Source: Planktothrix sp. GU0601_MAG3
GTDB lineage: Bacteria > Cyanobacteriota > Cyanobacteriia > Cyanobacteriales > Microcoleaceae
Reading direction: 5' to 3'
Assembly: GCA_035193785.1 (NCBI GenBank)
Contig: CP136572.1
Coordinates: forward strand, 1,504,001 to 1,568,000
DNA length: 64,000 nucleotides
Both the position numbers and the translations under genes were made by a program. A model generated the notes under the pieces. It ran no database searches and was not told the DNA's origin. It was given only the letters and a program-made list of their open reading frames with translations. Shown piece after piece: positions 35,957-46,225 of the stretch; positions within the stretch are counted from its first letter, which is position 1, and the number at the start of each line of letters is the position of its first letter.

Positions 35957-37420
35957 ATGAGTAAATGCCTTAACCCCGATTGTTTACAAACCAACTCTAA
36001 AACAACCTATTGTCAAAAGTGTGGTTCTAAATTACTGTTAACAGATCGATATCGGGCTTTAGAAATATTAGGACAAGGGGGGTTTGGTCGAACGTTTCTA
36101 GCGGTTGATGAGCATAAACCTTCTCAACCCTATTGTGTAATTAAACAATTTTTACCCCAAGCTCAAGGTACGAATAATCAAGAAAAAGCGGGAGAACTTT
36201 TTAAACAAGAAGCCATACAATTAGAACATTTAGGCAAACATCAACAAATTCCTGAATTATTCGCCTATTTAATCCAAGATAATCGTCAATATCTGGTTCA
36301 AGAATATATTGAAGGACAAAATTTATTACAAGAACTAGCTCAAACTGGGGCTTTTTCAGAAACTAAAATCATTAATCTTTTAGGAGATTTATTACCTGTT
36401 TTAGCGTTTATTCATCAAAAATCGGTAATTCATCGAGATATTAAACCGGAAAATATTATTAGAAGAAAAAGCGATAATAAATTGGTTTTAGTGGATTTTG
36501 GAGCAGCTAAAGCAGCGACTATAACGGCGTTAGCGGTGACAGGAACAGTTATTGGTTCAGCCCAATATACTGCACCCGAACAAGCGATGGGAAAACCGAC
36601 TTTTGCTAGTGATTTATATAGTTTAGGGGTAACTTGTATTCATTTATTAACTAATATTGAACCCTTTGATTTATTTGATGTCAGTGAAAGTGATTGGGTG
36701 TGGCGAGATTATTTAACAGTTAAAGTCAATAATACTTTGGGTCAAGTCTTAGATAAACTCTTACAACAGGGAACAAAAAAACGCTTTCAAACTGTTCAAG
36801 AAGTATTAGAAGCATTACAATTAACAGTTAAACCGATATCGCCACCAACACCCCAATTTTTTACACCCAAACCAGCACCCCAATTTTTTACACCCAAACC
36901 AACATTCAAACCAACACCCCAACCGGATATAGAATTAAAGCCAGCTAGAGGAGTTAATTATGATCAATTAGAACAACTTTTAAAAGCCGGAAGCTGGAAA
37001 GAAGCTGACAAAGAAACGGCTAAAAAAATGTTAGAAGTAGCCGGAAGAACAAAGGAAGAATGGTTAAGTGAAGAAGATATTGATAATTTTCCCTGTGAGG
37101 ATTTACGAACTATTGACCAACTTTGGGTAAAATATAGCGATGGACGCTTCGGCTTTTCGGTGCAGAAGCGCATCTATCAAAGTCTGGGAGGAACCAGGAG
37201 TTATGATAGTAAAATCTGGGAAGCGTTTGGTGATCAGGTAGCTTGGCGTGTTAGAGGTAGCTGGTTGTATTACAAAGTTTATGGGAAGAACGTTAAGAGA
37301 GCACGAACGGGCCACCTCCCTGTACTGATTTTTTCTTGGTTTGATTTAGGGGATGTTGATTGGTGTGGGTTTGATGATTTCTCTTCTCTCGTGTCGAGAC
37401 TTATAGACTGTAATATATAA
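35957..37420 (+). CDS. Ser/Thr protein kinase with N-terminal zinc ribbon and C-terminal GUN4 domain
   Basis: CLNPDC..CQKCG; LGQGGFG, HRDIKPEN, DFG, APE; Pro-rich linker with a 27-bp duplication; GUN4 motifs WKEADKET, FPCEDLRTIDQLWVKYSDGRFGFSVQKRIY, GHLP. Confidence 0.92.
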   Translation: MSKCLNPDCLQTNSKTTYCQKCGSKLLLTDRYRALEILGQGGFGRTFLAVDEHKPSQPYCVIKQFLPQAQGTNNQEKAGELFKQEAIQLEHLGKHQQIPELFAYLIQDNRQYLVQEYIEGQNLLQELAQTGAFSETKIINLLGDLLPVLAFIHQKSVIHRDIKPENIIRRKSDNKLVLVDFGAAKAATITALAVTGTVIGSAQYTAPEQAMGKPTFASDLYSLGVTCIHLLTNIEPFDLFDVSESDWVWRDYLTVKVNNTLGQVLDKLLQQGTKKRFQTVQEVLEALQLTVKPISPPTPQFFTPKPAPQFFTPKPTFKPTPQPDIELKPARGVNYDQLEQLLKAGSWKEADKETAKKMLEVAGRTKEEWLSEEDIDNFPCEDLRTIDQLWVKYSDGRFGFSVQKRIYQSLGGTRSYDSKIWEAFGDQVAWRVRGSWLYYKVYGKNVKRARTGHLPVLIFSWFDLGDVDWCGFDDFSSLVSRLIDCNI

Positions 37421-37461
37421 GGCTTACAGGTTTTCGTAAAGATTTATGACATCGATTGAAT

Positions 37462-38980
37462 GTAGGGGCGGGTTCGCCGGGATTTTTGTTAATAATAATT
37501 AACCTAAATAAACCCGCCCAACCCCATAATAGAAATCAATATAAACCCGGTTTTATTAACGTTAAATTTGGGTGGGGTGGGCGGGTTTATCAAGATTATT
37601 TATCAGATTTGAAAGATTTTGTTGAACCCGCCCCTACGGGTTTTAGGAAATGTAGGGGCGGGTTCGCCGGGATTTTTGTTAATAATAATCAACCCAAATA
37701 AACCCGCCCAACCCCATAATAGAAATCAATATAAACCCGGTTTTGTTAACATTAAATTTTGGTGGGTGGGGCGGGTTTATCGAGATTATTTGTTAGATTT
37801 GAAAGATTTTGTTGAACCCGCCCCTACGGGTTTCAGGGAATGTAGGGGCGGGTTCGCCGGGATTTTTGTTAATAATAATCAACCTAAATAAACCCGCCCA
37901 ACCCCATAATAGAAATCAATATCAACCCGGTTTTATTAACGTTAAATCTTGGTGGGGTGGGGCGGGTTTATCGAGATTATTTATCAGATTTGAAAGATTT
38001 TGTTGAACCCGCCCCTACGGGTTTCAGGGAATGTAGGGGCGGGTTTCGCCGGGATTTTTGTTAATAATAATCAACCTAAATAAACCCGCCCAACCCCATA
38101 ATAGGAATCAATATCAACCCGGTTTTATTAACGTTAAATCTTGGTGGGGTGGGGCGGGTTTATCGAGATTATTTATCAGATTTGAAAGATTTTGTTGAAC
38201 CCGCCCCTACGGGTTTCAGGGAATGTAGGGGCGGGTTCGCCGGGATTTTTGTTAATAATAATCAACCTAAATAAACCCGCCCAACCCCATAATAGGAATC
38301 AATATCAACCCGGTTTTATTAACCTTAAATATTGGTGGGGTGGGGCGGGTTTATCGAGATTATTTGTTAGATTTGAAAGATTTTGTTGAACCCGACCCTA
38401 CGGGTTTCAGGGAATGTAGGGGCGGGTTCGCCGGGATTTTTGTTAATAATAATCAACCTAAATAAACCCGCCCAACCCCATAATAGAAATCAATATAAAC
38501 CCGGTTTTATTAACCTTAAATATTGGTGGGGTGGGGCGGGTTTATCGAGATTATTTATCAGATTTGAAAGATTTTGTTGAACCCGCCCCTACGGGTTTCA
38601 GGGAATGTAGGGGCGGGTTCGCCGGGATTTTTGTTAATAATAATCAACCCAAATAAACCCGCCCAACCCCATAATAGGAATCAATATCAACCCGGTTTTA
38701 TTAACGTTAAATTTTGGTGGGGTGGGGCGGGTTTATCAAGATTATTTATCAGATTTGAAAGATTTTGTTGAACCCGCCCCTACGGGTTTTAGGAAATGTA
38801 GGGACGGGTTCGCCGGGATTTTTGTTAATAATAATCAACCTAAATAAACCCGCCCAACCCCATAATAGAAATCAATATAAACCAGGTTTTGTTAACGTTA
38901 AATTTTGGTGGGGTGGGGCGGGTTTATCGAGATTATTTGTTAGATTTGAAAGATTTTTTTGAACCCGCCCCTACGGGTTT
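37462..38980. repeat. Tandem array of 8 x 190-192-bp units, each with two REP-like hairpins (BIME/REPIN-like)
   Basis: Units start at 37462, 37652, 37842, 38033, 38225, 38416, 38607 and 38798. The outer inverted repeat is GTAGGGGCGGGTTC/GAACCCGCCCCTAC. Confidence 0.95.
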
Positions 38981-39161
38981 TATTTTAATAATTGGGCTGG
39001 CGACGGGTGAAATTTTGCCTCCGCCTCTGGCCCGTATCTGGTCGCTGAGTGGTAATTTTGTGATAAAGTTAAAAATTGTAAAGAAATATGAGAGTCTGAT
39101 TATCTCTCGGTTAACAAAAAACCAATATTGCCCACCCTTATAAACATTTATAGGATCTCCC

Positions 39162-39965
39162 ATGCAACAGAATTGGCTCAATAGATTGCTGCTCTCTATT
39201 GCTATATTAGCTATAACCCTCTCCACCTGGGCAATTACCCCCGTAGCCCATGCCTTTAATAATCCTGAGCTACTTCCTCAGATTCAAACCCCGGTGATTG
39301 ACCTAGCGGGAATTTTTACCGATGTCCAGGAAAATATCTTAGCCAAGGATATAGAAGAGTTTGAATCGGAAACGGGTTGGAAAGTCAGGGTATTAACTCA
39401 ATTTGACCAAACCCCCGGTCGCGCCGTCAAGGACTATTGGGGACTGGATGATAAAAGCGTGTTAGTCGTCGCCGATGAACGGGGGGGCAATATCCTTAAC
39501 TTTAGCGTCGGTCGTCAGATTTACCCGTTTCTGTCCCGGACATTCTGGGTGGAGTTACAAACCCGCTTCGGAAATCAATATTTTATTCGAGAAAATGGGG
39601 AAGACCAATCCATTATTCAATCAATTGACACGATTCAAAGCTGCTTAATTCAAGGCGGTTGTCGGGTTGTTCCGGGGCTTCCTCAAGAACAATGGATTTT
39701 AACCTTAATTACTTCTGCCATCGGTGGGATCATTTGTGGTGTGGCGAGTATTCCCCGCAAGTCTGGACAATTGATTTCCTGGCAGTGGGCGTTAATTTTC
39801 TCGCCCCTGTGGGGAATTTTATTTATTGCCTTCGGAATTGGCCCGGTGATTTCCCGTACCCAAGAATGGCTTCCCCTTGTCCGTAATATTTCTGGCTTTT
39901 TAATTGGTTTCTTGGTAGCCTATCTAACTCCGATATTAAATCAGTCCTTCTCCCAAGAAGGTTGA
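39162..39965 (+). CDS. TPM-domain thylakoid lumen/membrane protein
   Basis: Signal peptide ending AHA-F; TPVIDLAG, FWVELQTRFGN; C-terminal TM helices. Confidence 0.75.
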   Translation: MQQNWLNRLLLSIAILAITLSTWAITPVAHAFNNPELLPQIQTPVIDLAGIFTDVQENILAKDIEEFESETGWKVRVLTQFDQTPGRAVKDYWGLDDKSVLVVADERGGNILNFSVGRQIYPFLSRTFWVELQTRFGNQYFIRENGEDQSIIQSIDTIQSCLIQGGCRVVPGLPQEQWILTLITSAIGGIICGVASIPRKSGQLISWQWALIFSPLWGILFIAFGIGPVISRTQEWLPLVRNISGFLIGFLVAYLTPILNQSFSQEG

Positions 39966-40130
39966 GGAATAGGGGAATAGGGGAAATAATTTATCCCCCT
40001 ATTCCCTCCTTCTGAACCCTGATTTCTCGTGATAACGACAACAACCTGATACACTGAGTAAGTTGTAATCTGGTTGTGCTAGGTAAACTTTACTTATCCC
40101 CAGAACTTCAGTAATAATCGGCGAGTCACA

Positions 40131-40757
40131 ATGGAATGGCATATTACGGATGCCCAGAGTTTAGGAATCATAGATGACGAAATTGGCGATCACGTCTTTT
40201 CGCCAGCCGAATATGAAATTGTGCGCCGGGTGATTTATGCGACGGCGGATTTTGAGTATAAAAGTTTAGTGCGGTTTTCTGACCAAGCTTTACAGGGAGG
40301 GGCGGCGGCTTTAGCAGCCCGGACAACGATTGTGGTGGATGTACCCATGGTACAAGTCGGGATTACTCCCCGGATTCTTTCGACTTTTGCGAATCCGGTT
40401 TATTGTTCCATGGAGGCGGTAACTCGACCACAACGGGAAAAAACTCGCTCGGCTTGGGGGATTGAGACTTTAGCCCGGCGCTATCCCGAGGCGATTTTTG
40501 TGATTGGTCAGGAACAAACGGCCCTTTCTGGGATAGTTGATTTAATTGAAGCGGAGGAAATTAAGCCCGCTTTGGTGATTGCCACCCCTTCGGGTTTTGT
40601 CGGGGCTGATGTGGCTAAGTCTCGTTTGAATGATTCGATGGTTCCCCATATTCGGATTGATGGACGCAAGGGTAGTGCGGTGGTGGCCGTGGCTTTGATG
40701 GATGCTTTGGTTGATCTGGCTTGGCAAGCCTATGGTCGGGAAGGGAATGGGAGTTAA
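40131..40757 (+). CDS. cobH: Precorrin-8X methylmutase-like protein (CobH/CbiC family)
   Basis: IVRRVIYATADF, GRKGSAVVAVAL. Confidence 0.7.
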   Translation: MEWHITDAQSLGIIDDEIGDHVFSPAEYEIVRRVIYATADFEYKSLVRFSDQALQGGAAALAARTTIVVDVPMVQVGITPRILSTFANPVYCSMEAVTRPQREKTRSAWGIETLARRYPEAIFVIGQEQTALSGIVDLIEAEEIKPALVIATPSGFVGADVAKSRLNDSMVPHIRIDGRKGSAVVAVALMDALVDLAWQAYGREGNGS

Positions 40758-41181
40758 GGCGGGGACTGACTCAAAATCTGCTAATTTAACCACAAAGACA
40801 CAGAGAAGTTGTACAGACTTACCAGGTGGTAGCAGTATCACATTTTCTGTTTTTTGTCAAGGGTAGCCCGGGAAGGGCGAAATTTTAAAATTTCACTATG
40901 GGGTTCTATTGGGGGTGATTTTTGGGATTTTGGTTGATATTTAGGATTTTTATCGGCTTTGTGGCTCTTGATTTGGGCTAGGGGCATAGAAAGACCAATC
41001 ATAGTCTATTTATGAAAACTCTAACATTGGCTGAAAGTATTGTCAAGTGGTGGGCTTAATAGAAGTTTTTCTCATTAATCGGGCTTTTGTTAAGAATTGT
41101 AAAATGGGGATAATTTTAAATTTTAAAATTGTTCGGTTGTAGGTATTAGATTATTTAATCTATCGGGGGGAATTTTTGAGG

Positions 41182-41925
41182 TTAAGGTTGGTCATCATCA
41201 TAGATTTGATCATAACCGTTTGTGGGTTGATAACGTTCAATTGCAGAAGTTTGGGGAGAAGCAGGTGCTTTTCTGGGACGACGGGACTGGAAACGATGAC
41301 TAATTTCTTTAAAAATGTCTCGACGGACGTAGGGATAGTCACTAATCCAAAGATTTTGACTGGGAATATAGATATCGGAAACTTCGTTAATTTCGCTTAA
41401 ATCATCTAAATAAGACATGACCATCATTTGGGCAATTTGACCCCGACGTAAGCGTTTATGGTTGCGATTTAGGGGGGCTTGAATTAAGGTGGTAAACCCG
41501 CTAGAGTCTCCGATTTCTACATTAATTCTTCTTTCCAGATTTTCAATAATAATTAGTTCTCCGCGCTGATTCACAGATTCCTGTTGTTCTGTAACCGCTT
41601 CACTAATATAAAAATCCAGAATTTTTCCCTGTAAAAATCCGGCATAGGGATATTTTCGATATTTAGCATTCCGCCAACTAGCTTCCCAAACGGGCATCCA
41701 TAACCAATATAAAGAGGAGATAATTCCGGCGATTAATACTAGGATTCTCAGGGTATCTCCTTGTACAGTATATTCCAGAAAAATCCAAACCGCTAAACAG
41801 ACCGCAGAAACTAATAAACGCTTTAAAAAATCCCTGGGTTTTCCCCAACAATACTTATATTGTTCACTGGTAGCCACGGCGGGAATTAAATCTTCAAAAG
41901 TTTGACGAGTTATGGGAACAAGCAT
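41182..41925 (-). CDS. Conserved cyanobacterial membrane protein
   Basis: 247 aa, two TM helices; follows dapB. Confidence 0.65.
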   Translation of the reverse strand: MLVPITRQTFEDLIPAVATSEQYKYCWGKPRDFLKRLLVSAVCLAVWIFLEYTVQGDTLRILVLIAGIISSLYWLWMPVWEASWRNAKYRKYPYAGFLQGKILDFYISEAVTEQQESVNQRGELIIIENLERRINVEIGDSSGFTTLIQAPLNRNHKRLRRGQIAQMMVMSYLDDLSEINEVSDIYIPSQNLWISDYPYVRRDIFKEISHRFQSRRPRKAPASPQTSAIERYQPTNGYDQIYDDDQP

Positions 41926-41948
41926 TTTTAATTACGAATTACGAATAG

Positions 41949-42031
41949 GGATCACGGATTTAAGAGGATTTCACGGATTTCGCGGATTTTAATCTGTGTT
42001 AATCAGCGTAATCTGCTTAAATCCGTGATCC
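41949..42031. repeat. Foldback element immediately downstream of dapB
   Basis: Perfect 16-bp IR GGATCACGGATTTAAG/CTTAAATCCGTGATCC with internal 9-mer repeats. Confidence 0.7.
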
Positions 42032-42033
42032 TA

Positions 42034-42861
42034 CTATAAGATTTTTTCCAACCCGTAAACTAAGGTTTTCAAGGTTAAGACTTTGCGAATTGCCAGTAGA
42101 ACTCCGGGCATATAACAGGAGCGATCGCTAGTATCATGGCGTAGGGTATAAATCTGACCCGCCGCGCCAAAAATTACCTCTTGATGGGCAATTAATCCGG
42201 GTAAACGGATACTATGAATTCTAATTCCCTCTCCGGCTTCGGCGCCTCTAGCCCCGGTGATTTTTTCAGTTTCTGTTACTAGGGGAGAATTATAGGTTTT
42301 CCCTAATTCTGCTAATAATTGTGCCGTTTGAATGGCTGTACCACTGGGAGCATCGGCTTTTTGATTATGATGTAATTCGATAATTTCAACATGATCAAAA
42401 TAGCGAGAAGCGGCAATAGCGGCCTGTTGTAATAACACTATGCCAATGGAAAAATTAGGAATCAGCAAACAGCCCATACTGGCTTTATCGGCAAATTCCG
42501 CTAAGTCTTGAATTTGGGCTGGACTTAACCCCGTAGTTCCCACAACTGGACGCACCCCGTAGGCGATCGCTGCCCGAATATTGTCGTAAACTGAATCAGG
42601 ATGGGTAAAATCTACCATGACCGCCGGCTGTTTTTCCTGGGCTGCCATGGCTAACATTCCTTCTCGGTCATTAGTAATCGGAACTTCCAAGGGTTCAATT
42701 CCGACTAGGGTTCCCGCATCCTGTTCTTGATAGGCGGGGCTGTGATCAATCGCCCCTAACAAGGTCATATCGGGGGAGGCGGCGACCGCTTTAATCACTT
42801 CGCGACCCATTTTTCCGCCAGCGCCATTAACAATTACAGGAATAGGTAGGGAATTAGTCAT
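42034..42861 (-). CDS. dapB: 4-hydroxy-tetrahydrodipicolinate reductase
   Basis: [26 protein letters not shown]. Confidence 0.95.
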   Translation of the reverse strand: MTNSLPIPVIVNGAGGKMGREVIKAVAASPDMTLLGAIDHSPAYQEQDAGTLVGIEPLEVPITNDREGMLAMAAQEKQPAVMVDFTHPDSVYDNIRAAIAYGVRPVVGTTGLSPAQIQDLAEFADKASMGCLLIPNFSIGIVLLQQAAIAASRYFDHVEIIELHHNQKADAPSGTAIQTAQLLAELGKTYNSPLVTETEKITGARGAEAGEGIRIHSIRLPGLIAHQEVIFGAAGQIYTLRHDTSDRSCYMPGVLLAIRKVLTLKTLVYGLEKIL

Positions 42862-42979
42862 AATAAATTAAATAGATCTTAGTCAAAACTTCCAGTCACA
42901 GAAAAGATTTTGCGTAAATTATACCAACAAGGGTCATCCACTTAAAAAAATTTCGCTGTTTGTATTTTACCTTAAATTC

Positions 42980-45588
42980 ATGTTTTCTCGAAAGTTGTAT
43001 ATTCTCAAAACCCGGTTATCTTTACCGATGCCCGTAGATCAAGGGAAAATTTCACCCTCCTTAGTCCGGTTATCCCCTAGTTTATTGACCAGTTTAATCG
43101 TTACGTTGCTTGTGGTCGGATGTCAAAAATTAGGCTGGTTAGAAACCGTTAGAATTAAGAATGTTTGATGCGTTGGTCTGTTTGCGGTCTATTCCTAAAC
43201 CTGACCCCAACTTATTAATTGTTGCTATTACCGAAGATGATATTCAATCCCAAAAACAATGGCCTTTGACAGATAAAGTTTTGGCAGAGGTTTTTTCTCA
43301 ACTGCAACAACATCAACCCCGGGTCATTGGGTTAGATTTATATCGAGATTTACCCCAAGAACCGGGGGGTACCCAATTATCAAAGCAGTTAAAAGCAGAT
43401 AATGTGATTGTAATTACTAAAATCGGAAATTCTAAAAATCCCAGTGTGTCACCTCCCCCGGGAATTTCTCCCGAGCAAATTGGATTTAATGATTTGGTAT
43501 TAGACCCGGATGGGGTGGTGCGTCGCCAGTTATTATTTGCCAGTGGTCAAGATAATCAGACAATTTTTGCTTTTTCTTTACAACTAGCATTAGCTTACTT
43601 GAAAGATCAGGGAATTGAACCGAAAAATAATAGCCGTCATCCCCAATACATGGAACTTAAAAATAGGGTGTTTTTCCCGTTAAAATCTGGGGATGGAGGT
43701 TATGCCAATATTGATGACCGAGGATACCAAATTCTTCTGAACTATCGCACGCCAGACATCGCCAGAATTGTCAGCATAGGAGAGGTTTTATCAAATCAGG
43801 TTGACCCAAAATGGATCAAAAATAAAGTAATTTTAATTGGGACAACCGCCCCGAGTATTCCCGATGTTTTTTTAACTCCCTATAGTATTAAAGCTGGGGA
43901 TGATTTTAAAATGCCTGGGGTACTAATTCATGCTCAAATGGTAAGCCAAATTATTGATTCTACCCTAGGTTATCAATCTTCCAATCTATTATCCCAAATT
44001 TTATATTCTTCAGATTTATTTAGGTTTATGCCCCAATCTTTAGAGATATTATGGATAGGAATTTTGGCAATAGCTGGGGGTACATTAATATGGAAAATTT
44101 CCCATCCTCTGAATCAGGGATTATCTTTAATTATCGGAATTGTGAGTTTATTGGGAACGAGCTACGGGCTATTTTTATTAAATATTTGGGTTCCCATTAT
44201 AGCTCCTATATTTTCCTTATTTTTGTCAGGAATGGGGGTAATTGCCTATAAACAAATTCATAATTCTTTGCATGATGCTTTGACCGGATTACCTAACCGT
44301 ATTTTATTCTTAGACCGGGTGGGATGGGCAATTACAAATACAAAAAATGATCAATCTCAATGTGCAGTTTTGTTTTTAAATATTGATCGATTTAAGCGAA
44401 TTAATGATAGCTTAGGATATAAAGCGGGAAATCAATTATTAATTGAGATTGTCCAGAGAATCAAATATTGTTTGAGAAATAAAGATATTATTGCTAGGTT
44501 GGGAGGGGATGAATTTGCAATTTTAATTGAACATTTAAAACCCCCTGAAAATGCCACCTTTGTCGCTAATCGCATTCAAAATACTCTCCTTTCTCCTTTT
44601 AAATTGAATAATCATGATGTTTTTATGACTTTAAGTATTGGGATTTCTTTCAGTGAAACCGCCGAAGGAAAGGCAGATTATTTATTAAGAAATGCCCATA
44701 CTGCGATGTATCGCGCCCGAAGTTTAGGAAAGGGAATGATACAGGTTTTTGAACAGACCATGCACGTTAATGGCATTGGGCAATTAGAATTAGAAACATC
44801 TTTAAGATTAGCCCTAGAACGTCAAGAATTTGTGTTATATTATCAACCTGTTATCGGATTAAATTCCGGTAAAATTTCCGGGTTTGAAGCCTTAATTCGT
44901 TGGCAACATCCCGAGGAAGGATTAGTTACCCCAGAAACGATTTATGGCTACGGCAAAAGAGACGGGATTGATTGTCCCTATGGGAAAATGGGCGATTCAA
45001 GAAGCCTGTAATCAATTAAAAATTTGGCAAGAACAATTTCATTGGCAACCCGAATTAATTTTAGGAGTTAATTTATCCGCTAGACAGTTTTTTCAAGTTG
45101 ATTTAATCGAACAAATTCAAGAGATTATTCACACTTCCGGTATTAACCCCAATGGCTTAAGATTAGAAATTACAGAAAGTGTGATTATGGATGATTTAGA
45201 GGCAACTATTAATCTATTAAAACAATTAAAAGCCTTGGGGTTAAAATTAAGTATTGATGACTTTGGGACGGGGTTTTCTTCTTTAAGTTATTTACCTCGA
45301 TTTCCCATTGATACCCTGAAAATTGATCGGTCTTTTGTGGGAAAAATAGAAGCAGATGAAGCGGGGGAAAATTTAGCCATTGTCCGCACGATTATTCGGT
45401 TAGCTCATGCCTTAAATAAAGAGGTCGTTGCTGAAGGAGTAGAAACAGCCTATCAACTGGCACAATTACGGTCTTTGGGGTGTGAATATGCTCAAGGTTA
45501 TTTCTTTCTTAAACCTGTTCCTCCAGACGTTGTAACGGCCTTTGTAGAGTCTAATCCTCAATGGGATAGCAACTGCCAAAACAGTTAG
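42980..45588 (+). CDS. CHASE2-TM-GGDEF-EAL c-di-GMP signalling protein (two frameshifts)
   Basis: CHASE2 IGLDLYRD and MPGVLIHAQ; RLGGDEF; GFEALIRW; DDFGTGFSSL; AEGVET. Confidence 0.88.
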
Positions 45589-45649
45589 GAAGCTGGACGC
45601 GCTCGCTCTATTGCAGTTATCACAACTCGATCATATATTTTTTTGCAAT

Positions 45650-46225
45650 CTAATAATTTAGGTTTCTGATAATATTTTGTATGCCTTGAATAAAAACTGT
45701 AAAACTTTTAGATTTATTATCAGTTAGAGATAGATAAGGAGCAATTTTTTTCGAGTGGGTAGCCGGATAATATTCTGGGACTAAATTTTTGAGTTCCTGT
45801 TTAGCGGAGTTAAGTTGATCAGGGTTACGGTATTTGCGGTTATTTTGATGTTTACTCAAAGTATTAGGCTTGAGATCATAGGCTGTTTCTACCGCCACCA
45901 AATCGCCTAAAAACCAAGATTCTAGCTCATGACAAATAATCCTAATCATTGGTTTATTTTGTCCAGCAGTTTGACAAATTTGCAATAATTCAGCCTTAAG
46001 TTTTTGGCAATCGTGAGAATCTTGGTCATGAACTATGATAAATTGAGTATGGGGGCTAATATTATTGAAAGCTCTAATTTTAATAGGAATAGATTTAGCT
46101 AAGTCTTGTTTACCTTGATGAGCAATACAAATAAAGGATTGCTCAGGTATAATTTTTGGTAAAATTTCTTCTAAAACATTTTTAATTGAAGGTTCTTCTA
46201 ATAAAAAAATTAAGTCATAACTCAT
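45650..46225 (-). CDS. DUF4276-like (TOPRIM-like) protein
   Basis: FLLEEPS, HQGKQDL, IVHDQD, ELESWFLGD; coupled to the upstream ATPase. Confidence 0.7.
   Translation of the reverse strand: MSYDLIFLLEEPSIKNVLEEILPKIIPEQSFICIAHQGKQDLAKSIPIKIRAFNNISPHTQFIIVHDQDSHDCQKLKAELLQICQTAGQNKPMIRIICHELESWFLGDLVAVETAYDLKPNTLSKHQNNRKYRNPDQLNSAKQELKNLVPEYYPATHSKKIAPYLSLTDNKSKSFTVFIQGIQNIIRNLNY

Noticed and set aside
37462..38980. CRISPR array
   Set aside because: Units are ~191 bp and near-identical throughout, with no unique spacers and no cas genes.
37456..39226. Repeated 65-97-aa ORFs (MLNPPLRV...)
   Set aside because: By-products of the DNA repeat: TTG starts, no RBS, and the reading frame is not preserved between units.
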